Shown in pieces: positions 1 through 12,613 of a stretch of 64,000 nucleotides of DNA. How positions within the stretch are numbered: the stretch's first letter is position 1; the number at the start of each line of letters is the position of its first letter. The DNA is from Octopus sinensis (lineage: Eukaryota), in the NCBI RefSeq assembly GCF_006345805.1, contig NC_043024.1:12524001-12588000 (forward strand), in the 5' to 3' direction. The position numbers were made by a program, and so were the translations under genes. The notes below the pieces were generated by a model, which was not told the DNA's origin, made no database searches, and saw only the letters and a program-made list of their open reading frames with translations.

Positions 1-90
1 GGTACCACCACCACCACCAGTACCACCACCACCAGTACCACCACCACCATCACCACCAGTACCACCACAATCATCGTCACCACCACCTGA
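1..90. repeat. (ACC)n-based degenerate trinucleotide repeat
   Basis: Repeated ACCACCACCAGT units from the window start. Confidence 0.9.
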
Positions 91-427
91 CTACACTCAC
101 GCATAAGGGTATTTAAAATGGAGTCATCAAACGAGAATCGAACCCGAATCAGTAGTATCTTATATGCTAATAAATCATCAATATTCTACAGCACATTTAC
201 AAATACACACACTTGCTAGAAATGGCAGTTAAATCTTTGCTAAATCATATACCCTGAAGTCACGGAAAGGGGAACACGAACGGGAAAAACTTCGTCTTGA
301 GCGAGACTGCACTCCGATCCAAATGCCATTAGGGTTGGCAGGACAGCTAAGATGATGTAGGGTGGCAAACAACCTGTTGATCAAACGCGGTTTCCCAGAC
401 TGCCAACGGTACAAACGTATGATCACT

Positions 428-921
428 GCGGCCTCAGACTCAACACAGAGCCTGGAGGAGGTAGTGCTACCCTGAAGCAAGAGTGTGGCTGCTGGAAGAC
501 CTTATGTCTGGCAACAGGACTCTGCACCATGCCACACAAGCAGGGGAACAAGTCTTGGCTGTCAGACAATTCCTGCGACCACATCACCCCTAACATCCAC
601 CCACCTAACTCCCCAGACTGGACTCCACTTGATTATTATGTGTGGGGCGGAGCTTAGCGAGAGCCCAACAAAACTCCTTGTGACAGCAAAGATGAACTGA
701 AGGCAGAGATTATGGCAGCATTCACCAACTTAAACAAGGAGGCTGCCCAGAAGAGTTGCAGGAAATTCCGAAGTCGTCTGGAGGCCGCGGTTGAAGTGAA
801 TGGCGATTTTATTGAATGAATGTATTATTTAGTATCTCAAGATATTTTTATGTAATTTTGGTAAATATATCTCTTAAAATTTTGCATAATTTAGACGACA
901 GCTTATTCACCGCAACCTGTA
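428..921 (+). mobile_element. Tc1/mariner DD37D (maT-like) transposon remnant: transposase C-terminus plus right TIR
   Basis: Across frameshifts reads GLRLNTE..LEEVVLP..RVAAGRPYVWQQDSAPCHTS..WLSDN..PPNSPD..LDYYVWG..KDELKA.IMAAFTNLNKE..CRKFRSRLEA.VE.NGDFIE*. About 37 residues separate QQD from the last catalytic D. Ends ...CACCGCAACCTG|TA. Confidence 0.85.
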
Positions 922-1090
922 TACATATCAGAGGCGATTCCAGGTCATCAGCGTCACTCGAGTTCATCACAGATTTTGCATAAGACACATGCCTGCTCGA
1001 AGAATTTCACGTTTTCCCGCTTTATTTCTAGCCCTCAAATGGTTTATTTTTCATATCTAGCACTATGTCTTTCTCCATTTCTAAATTCAG

Positions 1091-1298
1091 AGTAAAATAT
1101 AAAGCAACCCTGCAAAACCCAGTTGATCTTTACACACAGACGGACAGAATAGCAGCAATCAAACAACGACAGCGGAGTGCACAACAAACATCAGCGGAGG
1201 AGAGAGAGAGCGAGATGTCTTTGATGCAAGAAGAGATTGCAGAAGATGGGAGAACCAACTGGTTTAGTGGAGTTTTTCAGCAACACATACGCGACAAG
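1091..1298 (+). CDS. Candidate coding exon A of an unidentified multi-exon gene
   Basis: Acceptor tctttctccatttctaaattcag. Open frame VKYKATLQNPVDLYTQTDRIAAIKQRQRS...EEIAEDGRTNWFSGVFQQHIRDK with non-repetitive composition. Donor is weak (AAG|gtttca; alternative GG|gtacaa after 1318). Confidence 0.45.
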
Positions 1299-2041
1299 GT
1301 TTCAGCATTGAATTACGGGTACAAGCCATTCAACAGGCTTCCACAGTTTCCATTTATTTAGTTTAATGCACAATGCTTGTGTCGACCCAATATTATGAGA
1401 AGAGACCTTGCTTAATCTGTCCCAACATGGAATCGAACGAGCGACTTGAGAGGTGCAAAGCCATAACCGCTGCCTTCACCCATCTTTCCAATTATCTTCA
1501 ATTGGTGTTTAGAAACTACTTCGAAGAACTGGCCTCATCTGCGGTTAATGAATTTGCTTAACCTCAAATCAGCTTTGATCGAGCGGAGCTTTTGTAAGAA
1601 AACGTTCCAGTTGTGCCATCCCATTTGATATTCAGAGTTATAGGGTATCCAGGATTATATTGTTTTGTGGAGAGTGATTTGAAGGAGGCTTCGCTGTCAT
1701 TTCTAGCAAGCCGAGCGAGCGTGCAGAATTCGTTTTTTGTGGCTTGAAAGAAATTGTTTCAAGTCAACCATAAAACCTATGATCAACGCCATTCTAGCCG
1801 TGACCAACTCGTCTTTTGTATCAAATATTGTATAATGGAGTCCTAGGTAGACTAGGTGTCCTACCTAGCTTTTGTAAGTTGACTGAGATTTGGCTGGTAT
1901 TTCTAGGAACATCGAATGACTCAGAGAAATTACCCCTCTGTTTGACGTTTACCGCGTATGTATTTGTGCATTGGATTACAGGTGAATCTGTGTGCGTATA
2001 GTGTGCAGTAGATTACCACACATATACATATATATATATAT

Positions 2042-2220
2042 ATTATATAAAAGGGCTTAGTAAAATAAATTACTTTGCCGCATACTGAACTCATTAGAAA
2101 TAGCAGCTAAAAAACTTTTTTAAAGCTATTCTAATACTTAAAGAAAATCTCTCTCATATATAGTGTTTGCTTATAGTGTATGCGGCAAAGTAATTTATTT
2201 TACTAAGCCCTTTATATAAT
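2042..2220. mobile_element. MITE with about 43-bp terminal inverted repeats
   Basis: ATTATATAAAAGGGCTTAGTAAAATAAATTACTTTGCCGCATAC (2042-2085) is nearly the exact reverse complement of 2178-2220. Confidence 0.8.
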
Positions 2221-2368
2221 GTATAATTTGAATTCGCCTTGAATGGTCCCTTTGCATACTGACACTTGGTGAAATTTGATTAATAATTAATTAATTTTGC
2301 CCTCAATTGTTGAAATTATATATATATATATATAAAGTTATATACACACTCGTATATGTATATGTATT

Positions 2369-2544
2369 GTGAAAAGTTCCTGGTTTTGGGTAAAAGAAAA
2401 TACAGGAGGATCAGTCAATTCCCACACTTATTGCAGAAGTCCTTCTGTTTCTCTAAGCCCTGTAAAAGAACTTGAAAAGTTGGGTCTCCAGCCAAGCCTT
2501 TCGCGACACCCTTAAAGCCAGGAACTTTTCAGCACGCCCTGGTA
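2369..2544. mobile_element. mariner-derived MITE
   Basis: Left GAAAAGTTCCTGGTTTT is inverted relative to right AAAGCCAGGAACTTTTCAGCACGCCCTGG|TA. Mariner-like terminus, no ORF. Confidence 0.7.
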
Positions 2545-3827
2545 CATACACACTCACCGAGTTTTATCATGGCTACCGAATAATTGTCACATATTACATT
2601 TACAGATAAATTCCTCTATTTACATAATATCCGACGCTATTTTATCGACCCCGAAAGGTAAAGTCAACCTTGACTAGATTTGATCTCGGATGATAGAGAT
2701 AAATTAACCACGACCAGTCACCACCAATCCTGCCAGTCCACTGCCCTTCATTGCTGCTTTTTATAAATAAGATGGCTTTGAACGATTTCTTATATTTCGA
2801 ATAATGATTTATTATTAAACGAGGTCAGCTATGTCAACGCAAGAACAAGAAATCAATCAAATCGATTACAATATTTCACTGGTACTTACTTTATCGATCT
2901 TGGAATGATAGAAGGTAAACAAACGATGTTTTTTTTTCCATTGACCACAAAGACAGTTGTTGAGGACGAGACTAATGTGAAGAGGACGGAGTAAAAAGAA
3001 AAGATCGATAACAAATAGAATGGTTCTGATTTTAGCCCAAGGTCAGCCATTTTGAGGGGAGGGGCAAATCAATTACATCGTTTCTAATATTTAACTGGTA
3101 TTTTATCGATTCGGAATGGATGAAAGGCAAAGTCGACCTCAACTGAATGATAAATTGGGGGAATTCGGGTCACCCCACATTCAAGTCCAGATTACCTGAC
3201 ACAGGACTGAGTTTAACTTTTACCTGGTCGTTCGACCAGCGAGAAATAGCTGTTAAATCTCCCTTAAATTTCATCCTACTATTTTAAAAAGGAAAGGCAT
3301 ATAGGATACCATATTTGAATAAGACGAGGTGGTTACGGTTGGAATGTTCGATTATAGGTCTCTTCTGCCAGTGTCCATCAGCAACAGCAGGGTTACTTAA
3401 GGGCCTTCATCCCCTTACAGTCACAAAAATTACAGTAAACTCAATCAGAACTGCGTCAATCTCCAGATTCTACATGGTCGCTCAACCTGCTAAAAATAAC
3501 AGCCAAATCGAATCACATCTTACCGTCTTACAATGGAACATGTTCGATAAAGCGATCTTGGTTTTCTTGTACACTAGAAAAAGACAGGATGGTCACGGTA
3601 GGATTGTAAGTCTATTCGATCAATGTTGATCTAGGGCGAAACAACATCCGAGAACATGCTAAAAACAGCAGTCAAATGCCCACCCTATATCACACATTAT
3701 TGATTTATCAATAAAAACCGGAAGAACATATTAGATAATGCCTTTTGGAAGAAAAAAAATGGTCATGGTTGGAAAGACTGATTATAAAATCTACAATAGC
3801 AACATACACTCGGTCGTTATGGTGTCC

Positions 3828-3927
3828 NNNNNNNNNNNNNNNNNNNNNNNNNNNNNNNNNNNNNNNNNNNNNNNNNNNNNNNNNNNNNNNNNNNNNNNNN
3901 NNNNNNNNNNNNNNNNNNNNNNNNNNN
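3828..3927. other. Assembly gap (100 N)
   Basis: Run of 100 n; the true size is unknown. Confidence 0.99.
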
Positions 3928-4070
3928 ATACGTACACACGCATATAAAGAGCATACATACGTACATATGAATGTATATACACAAGAGTCTATAAATAGAC
4001 ATTTGCAAGTGTGTACACATATACACACGTGCACGCAGATGTGTGTGTGTGTGTGTATGTGTGTGTTTGC

Positions 4071-4110
<40 letters not shown>

Positions 4111-4248
4111 GTGCTTGCAACCTTTCAGTTTTTGGAATATCTTCTTATTCCTGACAACTAATCTAATAGCAAGTCAGAAAGATGGCGCTTCGGGCAAACA
4201 AAGCTGCACAAAAGTGCTTCAACACACACACACATAAACGCACACAGC

Positions 4249-4283
<35 letters not shown>

Positions 4284-4442
4284 GTACACACACACCCACA
4301 CACCCACACACAGGTTCACACAAATACTATGCATATTTCCAGATAGATATTGAGTTCTCTAACTTGGTCCATGTAATTTTATTTACGGTATGTATGTACG
4401 TGCGAACATATATGTGCATATTTGTAAATATAAATTTTTGTC

Positions 4443-4490
<48 letters not shown>

Positions 4491-5043
4491 TCATTTATAT
4501 GTATATATACTTATATAATACATACACACACACATATCTACGCAAATGCATGCACATACATACATACTTACACACACACATACCTTACATGCGAAACATA
4601 CACCTTTTAAACATAATCGAAATCATGAAATATTGGAAAGACGACAATGCATCGGTTTTATCTATTTATTCTCGTGGTTCCATGTTATTTGGGCGGCGGC
4701 GGCGGCGGTGGCGGCGGCGGTGGTGGCGGCGGCGGTGGTGGTGGTTTCGTGTCATATATCCTTTAATAGAACTCTTATGTTTTTTCTCTCTTACATTAAA
4801 TCTTAAATATACCGGAGAATCGTGGATTAGCTAAGACTGTAAAATGTCTGACAAAAATAGTTTGCAGTATTCTGTTACCTCCCTTTACTTCCTCAGTTGA
4901 AATCCAACGGTGCCGAGCTTTGCCTTTCATCCTTCCGACAAAACAGTTACGTACCTGAGCCGCGCCTGAGCCAATACTGCGGTTCCCCAATCTAAATCTA
5001 AGGCCATGGACCGAAGCCAGAAGACAATTGTACGACCTTTCAG

Positions 5044-5098
5044 AAAGAAGTCCGAGTCTACGGAAACGGATTTTTTTTCATGAAACCGAAAAAGAAAG
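5044..5098 (+). CDS. Candidate coding exon B (possibly starting at an upstream acceptor, 5003)
   Basis: cctttcag|AAA GAA GTC ... AAG AAA G|gtaagg (strong donor). Reads KEVRVYGNGFFFMKPKKK, phase 0 to 1, matching exon A (phase 0 end) and exon C (phase 1 start). Frame stays open upstream to 5002 (HGPKPEDNCTTFQ). Confidence 0.45.
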
Positions 5099-6526
5099 GT
5101 AAGGCTGTTAGACTTAAAATGTTGGTCCTGCCAGGGATATAATCGCAACATCACAACAATGCTGTACAAGAATATCTCGAAGATCTTAGTATCAAGCGCC
5201 AAACTGCTTTTATATACCTTGCAGTTATTGTTTTTGTCTCTCCCTCTCCACGGATCCGGGAGACTTCGAAGCAATTTCGTTTTTAGGCCGCAACCCTCTA
5301 ATCTTTATCTCAAACATTATCTATCTAGGACTACTATTATCTAATGTGCCTTTCACATGTTTCTCTTCCTCTTTGTGTAAAGCCTAGGTCGAACCGGATT
5401 AGGCACAAAACGTAATCAGAATGATTCCAATCGCTAACATCTTGCCGTATCTAAAGACATTATACATCAAGGACATTCTCAGATGGATTCCTGCTTGTTA
5501 TTTAATAGAGCCTACGAAAGCCCCGAACCAGAAGATCTATGATCAAAGGCATCTCAATCAAAACCGCCGTGCCTTTATTTTAGGCATAGTGTATCTAGGA
5601 CTACTTTAATCTTATGTGTCCTTTCTTGTAATTGTAGTGTCTTTTACGACGGCGTCGCGTTGACCAATGCTTAATAAATGGAATCTTGTAGACAAAAACT
5701 GTGTTGACGTCATTCGTATACATTCGTACGTACGTACCTACAAACCTACGTATATAGATACATACATACGTATGTGTGTGTGTGGTGTGTGTGTGTGTGT
5801 TCGTGTGTGTATGAATGTATGCAGAAACATTTACGCAAACACACACACACACATAAGAGTAACAGATACGCGCCTTGGCAAGAAATTTGATTAACAAAAC
5901 TACTTCGTAATATTTCTTCTCTTCGTCGGGCACAGAAACTTTGTCAGTATCGCTACTTTAAAGACAGAAAACTAGAGATTTTGTTGATGGAAAACTTCAA
6001 TATAGTCCAGGACAGTATCGTCCTGGCACTACACGATATGATATATAAATAGAGTAGAATCGAAACTAATCGGTAACAGAGTTATAAATATGTTAGTATA
6101 GCAATATGCCGAAGAGAATAGAAAGAAATTCGATGCAATATCCTCGGTATTCAGTACAAACAAACATTACATTATCTCTTTGTATGTTGTATCAACCAAG
6201 TGCGTTCTTGCACTAAAATAGGTGAATATGTTATAAAGAAAACAAAGTCATCGATTACACTCCACGTCTTGTTCTCGGTCATAATCTAACATTAATATAT
6301 TCCCAAAATATTTATAATGAATTTCTAGAAAAACTGTTGCCGCACTTATGTACTTTATCAGAAATCGAAAGCGCTGAACAAAGTCCAACCGGTTAATGTG
6401 ATCGATGTTTGTAGACTTGCAAGCACGCGATATATAAACCGTCTGACTTAAACAGCTGCAGTGGGTCATACAGGAGAAGGCTGCATCAGTAAAACTGTTA
6501 TTTATTAGCATTAAAGTTACTGATGT

Positions 6527-6922
6527 AGGCGCAAGAGGGGCTGTGTGGTAAGTAGCTTGCTTACAAACCACATGGTTCCGGGTTCTGTCCCACTGCGTGG
6601 AAACTTGGGCAAGCGTCTTCTACTATAGCTTCGGGCCGACCAAAGCCTTGTGAGTGGATGTGGTAGACGCAAACTGAAAGAAGCCCGTCGTATATATGTG
6701 TGTGCTTATGTGTTTGTGTTTGCCCCCCCACCCAAGTCGCTTGACAACAGATGCTGGTGCGTCTACGTCCCCGTAACTTAGCGGTTCGGCAAAAGAGACC
6801 GATAGAATAAATACTAGGCTTACAAAGAATAAGTCCTGGGGTCGATCTGCTCGACTGAAGGTAGTGCTCCAGCATGGCCGCAGTCAGATGACTGAAACAA
6901 GTAAAAGAGTAAAGAGAGTAAA
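6527..6922 (+). mobile_element. tRNA-derived SINE family 1 (CORE-like body, LINE-like tail), full length
   Basis: Head GGCGCA..GGCTGTGTGGTAAG..GGTTCCGGGTTC.GTCCC (A/B-box-like). Body CTTGGGCAAG.GTCTTCTACTATAG with a central microsatellite. Tail GTGCTCCAGCATGGCCGCAGTCAGATGACTGAAACAAGTAAAAGAG. Confidence 0.9.
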
Positions 6923-7151
6923 GCGTTCGAATAGAGAAGTCACTTACGTTTCGGAAACAAATCTTTCATCACGAAAAGAGAAAAGAGTCTTCAGCGTAGA
7001 AGTTTTGGCGAAAAGAAAACAGTGTACACACATCCACGCGCACACACACACACACAGAGTCATATATCTAAATATTTGTGTACGTTTGCTTTGATTTTTT
7101 GTTTTACTTTCATCATAGGAAACCTTAAACAAATACACAAACAAAAGAAAA

Positions 7152-7535
7152 TCTCTCTCTATATAAACGGCAGTTTGTCTGTGCGTTTTCTGTGTGTCTG
7201 TTTTCTCGTACCCTCACTCTGACCACGGCTTTCAACCGATTCTGATGAAACTTGACACACACATAGCCCAATGTCATAATTCAAAACTAACGCAGCGAAA
7301 ATTTTGAAAAGTTCCCCCAGTTCTGAAAAAAAATCGATAAATTCGACATGGGGTCGAGAATCAGAAACCCAAACCACAGACCGTCTAGGGGACGCAAATC
7401 CACCTTTTTTAACTCTCAAAAAAAATTACCATCATTTTTTTTCCATTTTTTTGCTATTTTTTGGCTATAACTCTCTAAAAATGCTTTATAGTTATTTCCC
7501 TTACAAACCTGAGCAACGCCGGGCGATACTGCTAG
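7152..7535 (+). mobile_element. Complete non-autonomous Helitron
   Basis: Starts A|TCTCTCTCTATATAAACGG. Subterminal hairpin CCTGAGCAACGCCGGG. Ends CTAG|T, i.e. inserted between A and T with no TSD. Confidence 0.8.
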
Positions 7536-7768
7536 TAATGTAATAAACATGAAATATATAAATCACGTGACTGAAACCTACGGCTGTCACTTGTGCAACT
7601 CTTCAACCTCAGACACAGAAATCTTATAAACAGCTGTATGAGCCGCGTGGTAAGAATGACGGATAGAATTGCGGATAAATATTTGCGTCGTTCCTATTAA
7701 AGTTATTTACTACACCCACCACACAAATAATATATGCATTTTTCAAATATAAATTAATACACACACAC

Positions 7769-7805
<37 letters not shown>

Positions 7806-7984
7806 TCTTTACTTTCTTTTACTCTTTCACTTGTTTCAGTCATTTGACTGTGGCCATGCCGGAGCACCACCTTTAGTCGAGCAAATCGACGACAGGACTT
7901 ATTCTTTGTTACCGGGACATAAACACACCAGCATCGGTTGTCAAGCAATGTTGGGGGGGGGGACAAACATAGACACACAAACAT

Positions 7985-8022
<38 letters not shown>

Positions 8023-8135
8023 ATATATATATATTTATACACATATATACGACGGGCTTCTTTCAGTTTCCGTATACGAAATCCACTCACAAGGCTTTGG
8101 TTGGCCCGAAGCTATAGTAGAAGACACTTGCCCAA
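7806..8135 (-). mobile_element. SINE family 1, 5'-truncated
   Basis: Reverse complement of the family-1 tail (TTGTTTCAGTCATTTGACTGTGGCCATG..GAGCACC) through GACACTTGCCCAA. Confidence 0.88.
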
Positions 8136-8358
8136 TGTATGTATGTATGTATGTATGTATGTATGTATGTATGTATGTACGTACGTACGTACGTACGTAC
8201 ACACACGTTGAAAGACAAATAAAAGCAAGTTGACCTAATGACTATGGAGCACGGAATGAAGAATACACGAAAGGGATTATGTGACATTGTTTTTTAAATA
8301 TTTGTTTCGGGTGAACCTTGTTTTATGCCGTAGCCACGTTTATACAGAATAAGGATCT

Positions 8359-8509
8359 TGTTGGTGTGTTTGCGTCCGCGTAACTTAGTTATTCGGCATA
8401 GAGACCGATAGAATAAGTAATAGGTTTAAAAAGGAAATTCTTTGGGGCGAAGGCGGTGCTCCAGCATGGCTACAGTCAATTGACTGAAACAAGTAAAATA
8501 ATAAAAGAA
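8359..8509 (+). mobile_element. SINE family 1, 3' fragment
   Basis: GAGACCGATAGAATAAGTA...GGCGGTGCTCCAGCATGGCTACAGTCAATTGACTGAAACAAG. Confidence 0.8.
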
Positions 8510-8933
8510 TATATGTATGTATGTTTGTGTGTATCCATCCGTCCATCCATCTATACACACACACACTCACTCACACACACACACACACCACACACACACA
8601 CACACACACATATACATACACTCACTCACGCATTGCTTCATCGGATGCAAATAACCATTATGCATGATGCCTAAGAATCGAATTTCGATTCGTGTCGTCA
8701 CTGACACCTCATGAATCAATGATTGCATATATTATTAATTAACTATTAATTAGTGATGTAATGAAAGGCCTCGCTCTCTCCATTGTCATTGGCTGTTATT
8801 GCAGAATCTCTGAGGATAATAGAGAATTTTCAGGCATGTGTTAACAAACGATCCCCGGATTACTCTCCGCCTAAAAGCCTGAGCCCGTGGATAAACTTGA
8901 TAGGGGAAACTCCAGAATTAACTGCCGAATGAA

Positions 8934-8964
<31 letters not shown>

Positions 8965-9102
8965 CACACACACACACACACACTCATACATGTATCGATG
9001 TGCAATTATATATATATATATATCCTAGAAACAGCTGTAAGACCTATCTATAAATGCTCTAATATCTATACAGCTTTGGGTTTATATCTCATTACGCAAA
9101 AA

Positions 9103-9147
<45 letters not shown>

Positions 9148-9669
9148 TCATACACACACATACACATATGATAGGTGTCAACGACAGGTTAATCTAGTAT
9201 GACTTTCCAATTGCAACGCTGACGACGGTGTACCTATAAACGGGCCCAAAACTTGTTAAAACTAATAACAAGCAACTACGTGTGTACGTGTGTGCGTGTG
9301 TGTCTGCGTATGAGTGTGTGCATTTGTGTGTGTGTATTTGTGTAAGGGTGTATGTGTGTGTGTCTGTCTGTCTGTGTGAGTGCCTGACTTGGCTGTTGAT
9401 TTGCGAACATGACCGTTCTTTGTGTAACCAATTCAATATACGAAGCTTGAGTAGTTTGTCTTGGCAATGATGGACGGCAAATATCGGACTCACTGACGGC
9501 AGAGACAGTCGTACATACCTGCATAAACAGATGCATACATGTGTGCATAGAAAGATATACACCCGCAAATATATATATAAATGCATACATATATAATACA
9601 TACACACATTTATCTATTTATGTATATATGCATGCATTTATATCTATATCTTATGTATATTCTTATCAT

Positions 9670-9671
9670 TA

Positions 9672-9762
<91 letters not shown>

Positions 9763-9818
9763 TATATATATAATATATATATAGGTATGTGTGTGCGTGT
9801 GTGTATGTGTATTCAATA

Positions 9819-9871
<53 letters not shown>

Positions 9872-9988
9872 TAAATAATATGTATACATATATACGTATA
9901 TGTGTATATATATATATATATATAATATATATATATATAGGTACCGATATGTTCACAATATATGTGTGTGTGTGTGTTTGTATGTGTA

Positions 9989-10032
<44 letters not shown>

Positions 10033-10132
10033 CACACATGCAAACACACATACACACACATATATTTGTAAACATATCGGTACGTATATATATATATATA
10101 TATATGTATGTATACACATACACATACATCTA
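9670..10132. repeat. Compound (CT)n/(TA)n/(TG)n/(CA)n microsatellite block
   Basis: Seen directly; source of several spurious YI/CV/HT ORFs. Confidence 0.9.
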
Positions 10133-10152
10133 TGCTCCCTCCTGTCTTTAAG

Positions 10153-10250
10153 CATACAGAACAGACATGGACGTCAAAGTTTTCACACAAGCAGAGAGAG
10201 AGACACGCACACAGGACCTCCGTCACTTCGTGATGGATAACATTAAGCGA
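10153..10250 (+). CDS. Candidate coding exon C
   Basis: Acceptor tatgctccctcctgtctttaag, donor CGA|gtgagt. Reads (A)[32 protein letters not shown], phase 1 to 0. A unique island between microsatellites. Confidence 0.55.
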
Positions 10251-10457
10251 GTGAGTCTTTTGTGTGTTAACTTCGTAACACACAACTGTCTCCTTGTCAA
10301 CATGACATGTCTTTAGGGAACTAAATCCCTCCCAACCTCCTCTCTTTCTCTCTCAACCAACATTCACAATGACTGTATAAAACAGCGACCTTTCTTGTAT
10401 GTATGGTTTGTATTTGACTGTACACTTTCATTATTTATCTTTCATTATGTGTGTGTT

Positions 10458-10490
<33 letters not shown>

Positions 10491-10974
10491 ATGTACACAT
10501 ATATATATACGCATACATACTCAGACACACGGAGACACACTCACACATACATATACGTTCGTATGGTTATAGGCAGACCTTTTCGTGCATATGCATGTTT
10601 GCTCGTCTTTATGTTCTTGTTGATGTTCTTGTTGATGTGTTACAATGAAGCGAGTATAGAGCTGAAAGGTTATCTCTCCTCCACCCGCCTTACCAGGTCG
10701 AAAAATGTAAGCTAACTCTCTCCCCTCCTCCCCTTCATCTCCCGCCCTTCCGCAAATCAATGTCAATAAAAACCCCACTTATTCCTCCTTTCCCTAAATT
10801 GTCTCTTGTCTAGAATGACCAGCACTTGTCTAGAAACGTTTCTTGATTATACACCTACCTGTTTATCAACCTCCACATCTAGCATTATTTCTTATCTACC
10901 TGTCCGTCTCCCTACATATTACCTTGACTATAATAATCGCCCACCTGCCTCTCTGTCAGCCTGCCTGCCCGTCT

Positions 10975-11029
10975 GCTTGTCTGTCTGTGTACCAAATCAC
11001 CTATGTATGTATGTATGTATATATATATA

Positions 11030-11071
<42 letters not shown>

Positions 11072-11279
11072 GTCTGTCAGTCTATCTATCTATCTACCTA
11101 CATACCTATCTATCTATCTGTCTGTCTGTCTATCTATATATATCTATCTATTTATCTACCTACCTACCTATCTATCTATCTATCTATCTGTCTACCTATC
11201 TATCTATCTACCTACCTACCTATGTATCTATGTATCTATCTATCTATCTATCTACCTACCTACCTACCTATGTATCTAC

Positions 11280-11311
<32 letters not shown>

Positions 11312-11312
11312 T
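10975..11312. repeat. (TATC/TACC/TGTC)n tetranucleotide microsatellite
   Basis: Seen directly. Confidence 0.92.
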
Positions 11313-11587
11313 CCAACATATTACATAATATATCTACAATCGACATTGTTACAGTGAAGCAGAGAAACGGTGAAACAGCGAAGCGTTGGACAGATGTGAA
11401 AGCTAAGTGACTAAAAAATGTATTTTTAGTATACTTCAGAAATGTTTAGAAAATCAACATTATTTTGGTAAAACCTGCTTCAAAACAGAGATACAGAGGC
11501 TGACTACCAGTCCCTCTTTCAATAATCGTGAACACGCCAAGCAAAATGCTGCATTTTGTCTGGTGTGGTATCGCTTCTTCCAGCTCG

Positions 11588-11619
<32 letters not shown>

Positions 11620-11633
11620 CTCACTCTGCATGC

Positions 11634-11676
<43 letters not shown>

Positions 11677-12613
11677 AATGTAATATGTGATAATTATTCG
11701 GTAGCCATGATAAAACTCAGAGTTTCGAATGACGGGGCGGAAACCCACGCCGCCATCTCTTCAGTTAACCGGCAATCGGAAAAAAATCATATATGTATGT
11801 ATATATGAATGTATGTATATATGTATGAATCATATCCTCAGGTTATGCTACAAAAAACCCCAAACATCTACCCCCTCCCCTCAAAAGAAAAACAACCAGC
11901 AATGAATTGACCTTTTCATTTCATTCACCATAAAGAAATTGTTCTTTGACACCTTTGTTCATTCAGTACATTTTCTCATTTTATTTTCTCATTTATATAA
12001 ATTGCTTACGCAAAGAAATTGTATCTTCTCTTTAAATGTCGCCTGTTTTTTATTTCTTCCGTCTTCGACACAAACTGCTATTCTAATTGCGACGGTATAA
12101 TTGACGACGTAACGTGAGTATGTCTCCTATAAATATGATCAAGCGTTGTCTTCAATGAATCATTTTCATTTGCTTACTTATTATTATTCATATGCAGACC
12201 GATTGACCTCCGTGTGGCTGTCGCAATTTATTTTATTACTTTAGGCATGTGTTTGCGCGCGTGTTTAATTAAAATTTGTCTTTGATTCATTCACGCTGGT
12301 CTCCAACCAAGTGACGAGATCTCGTTTTGCTTCAATCAAAATCGTGCAGGGATTTAGTGGGTTCACCGAACGTGAGTTCACAAACGGGAAGAAGTAAAGT
12401 AACCCCGGAAAAAGTCGGTTTCTAAGAGTTCTGGACAAAACAAACGTGTTAAGGGATAAAACTGCATCCAGTAAGATTTCTTTTATTTGAGCTCAGGATG
12501 CAAAGATGACCGAATTCCATATTCAGAGTCGGTCTGCGAGCCCCTCTTTCAATACTCGTGACAACCCAGGCCCAAATTTCTTGGTTGCTCTTTTATATTG
12601 TTAACTCCTGCAG

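Noticed and set aside
6527-6600. tRNA-like sequences at SINE 5' ends (also 36214, 40991, 50753)
   Set aside because: A/B-box-like heads run straight into SINE bodies; no complete cloverleaf identified, so not called tRNA genes.
6940-7005. Minus-strand CTGAAGA...GAAACGTA hammerhead-like words
   Set aside because: Helix I does not pair and helix II is poor; at best a degenerate relic.
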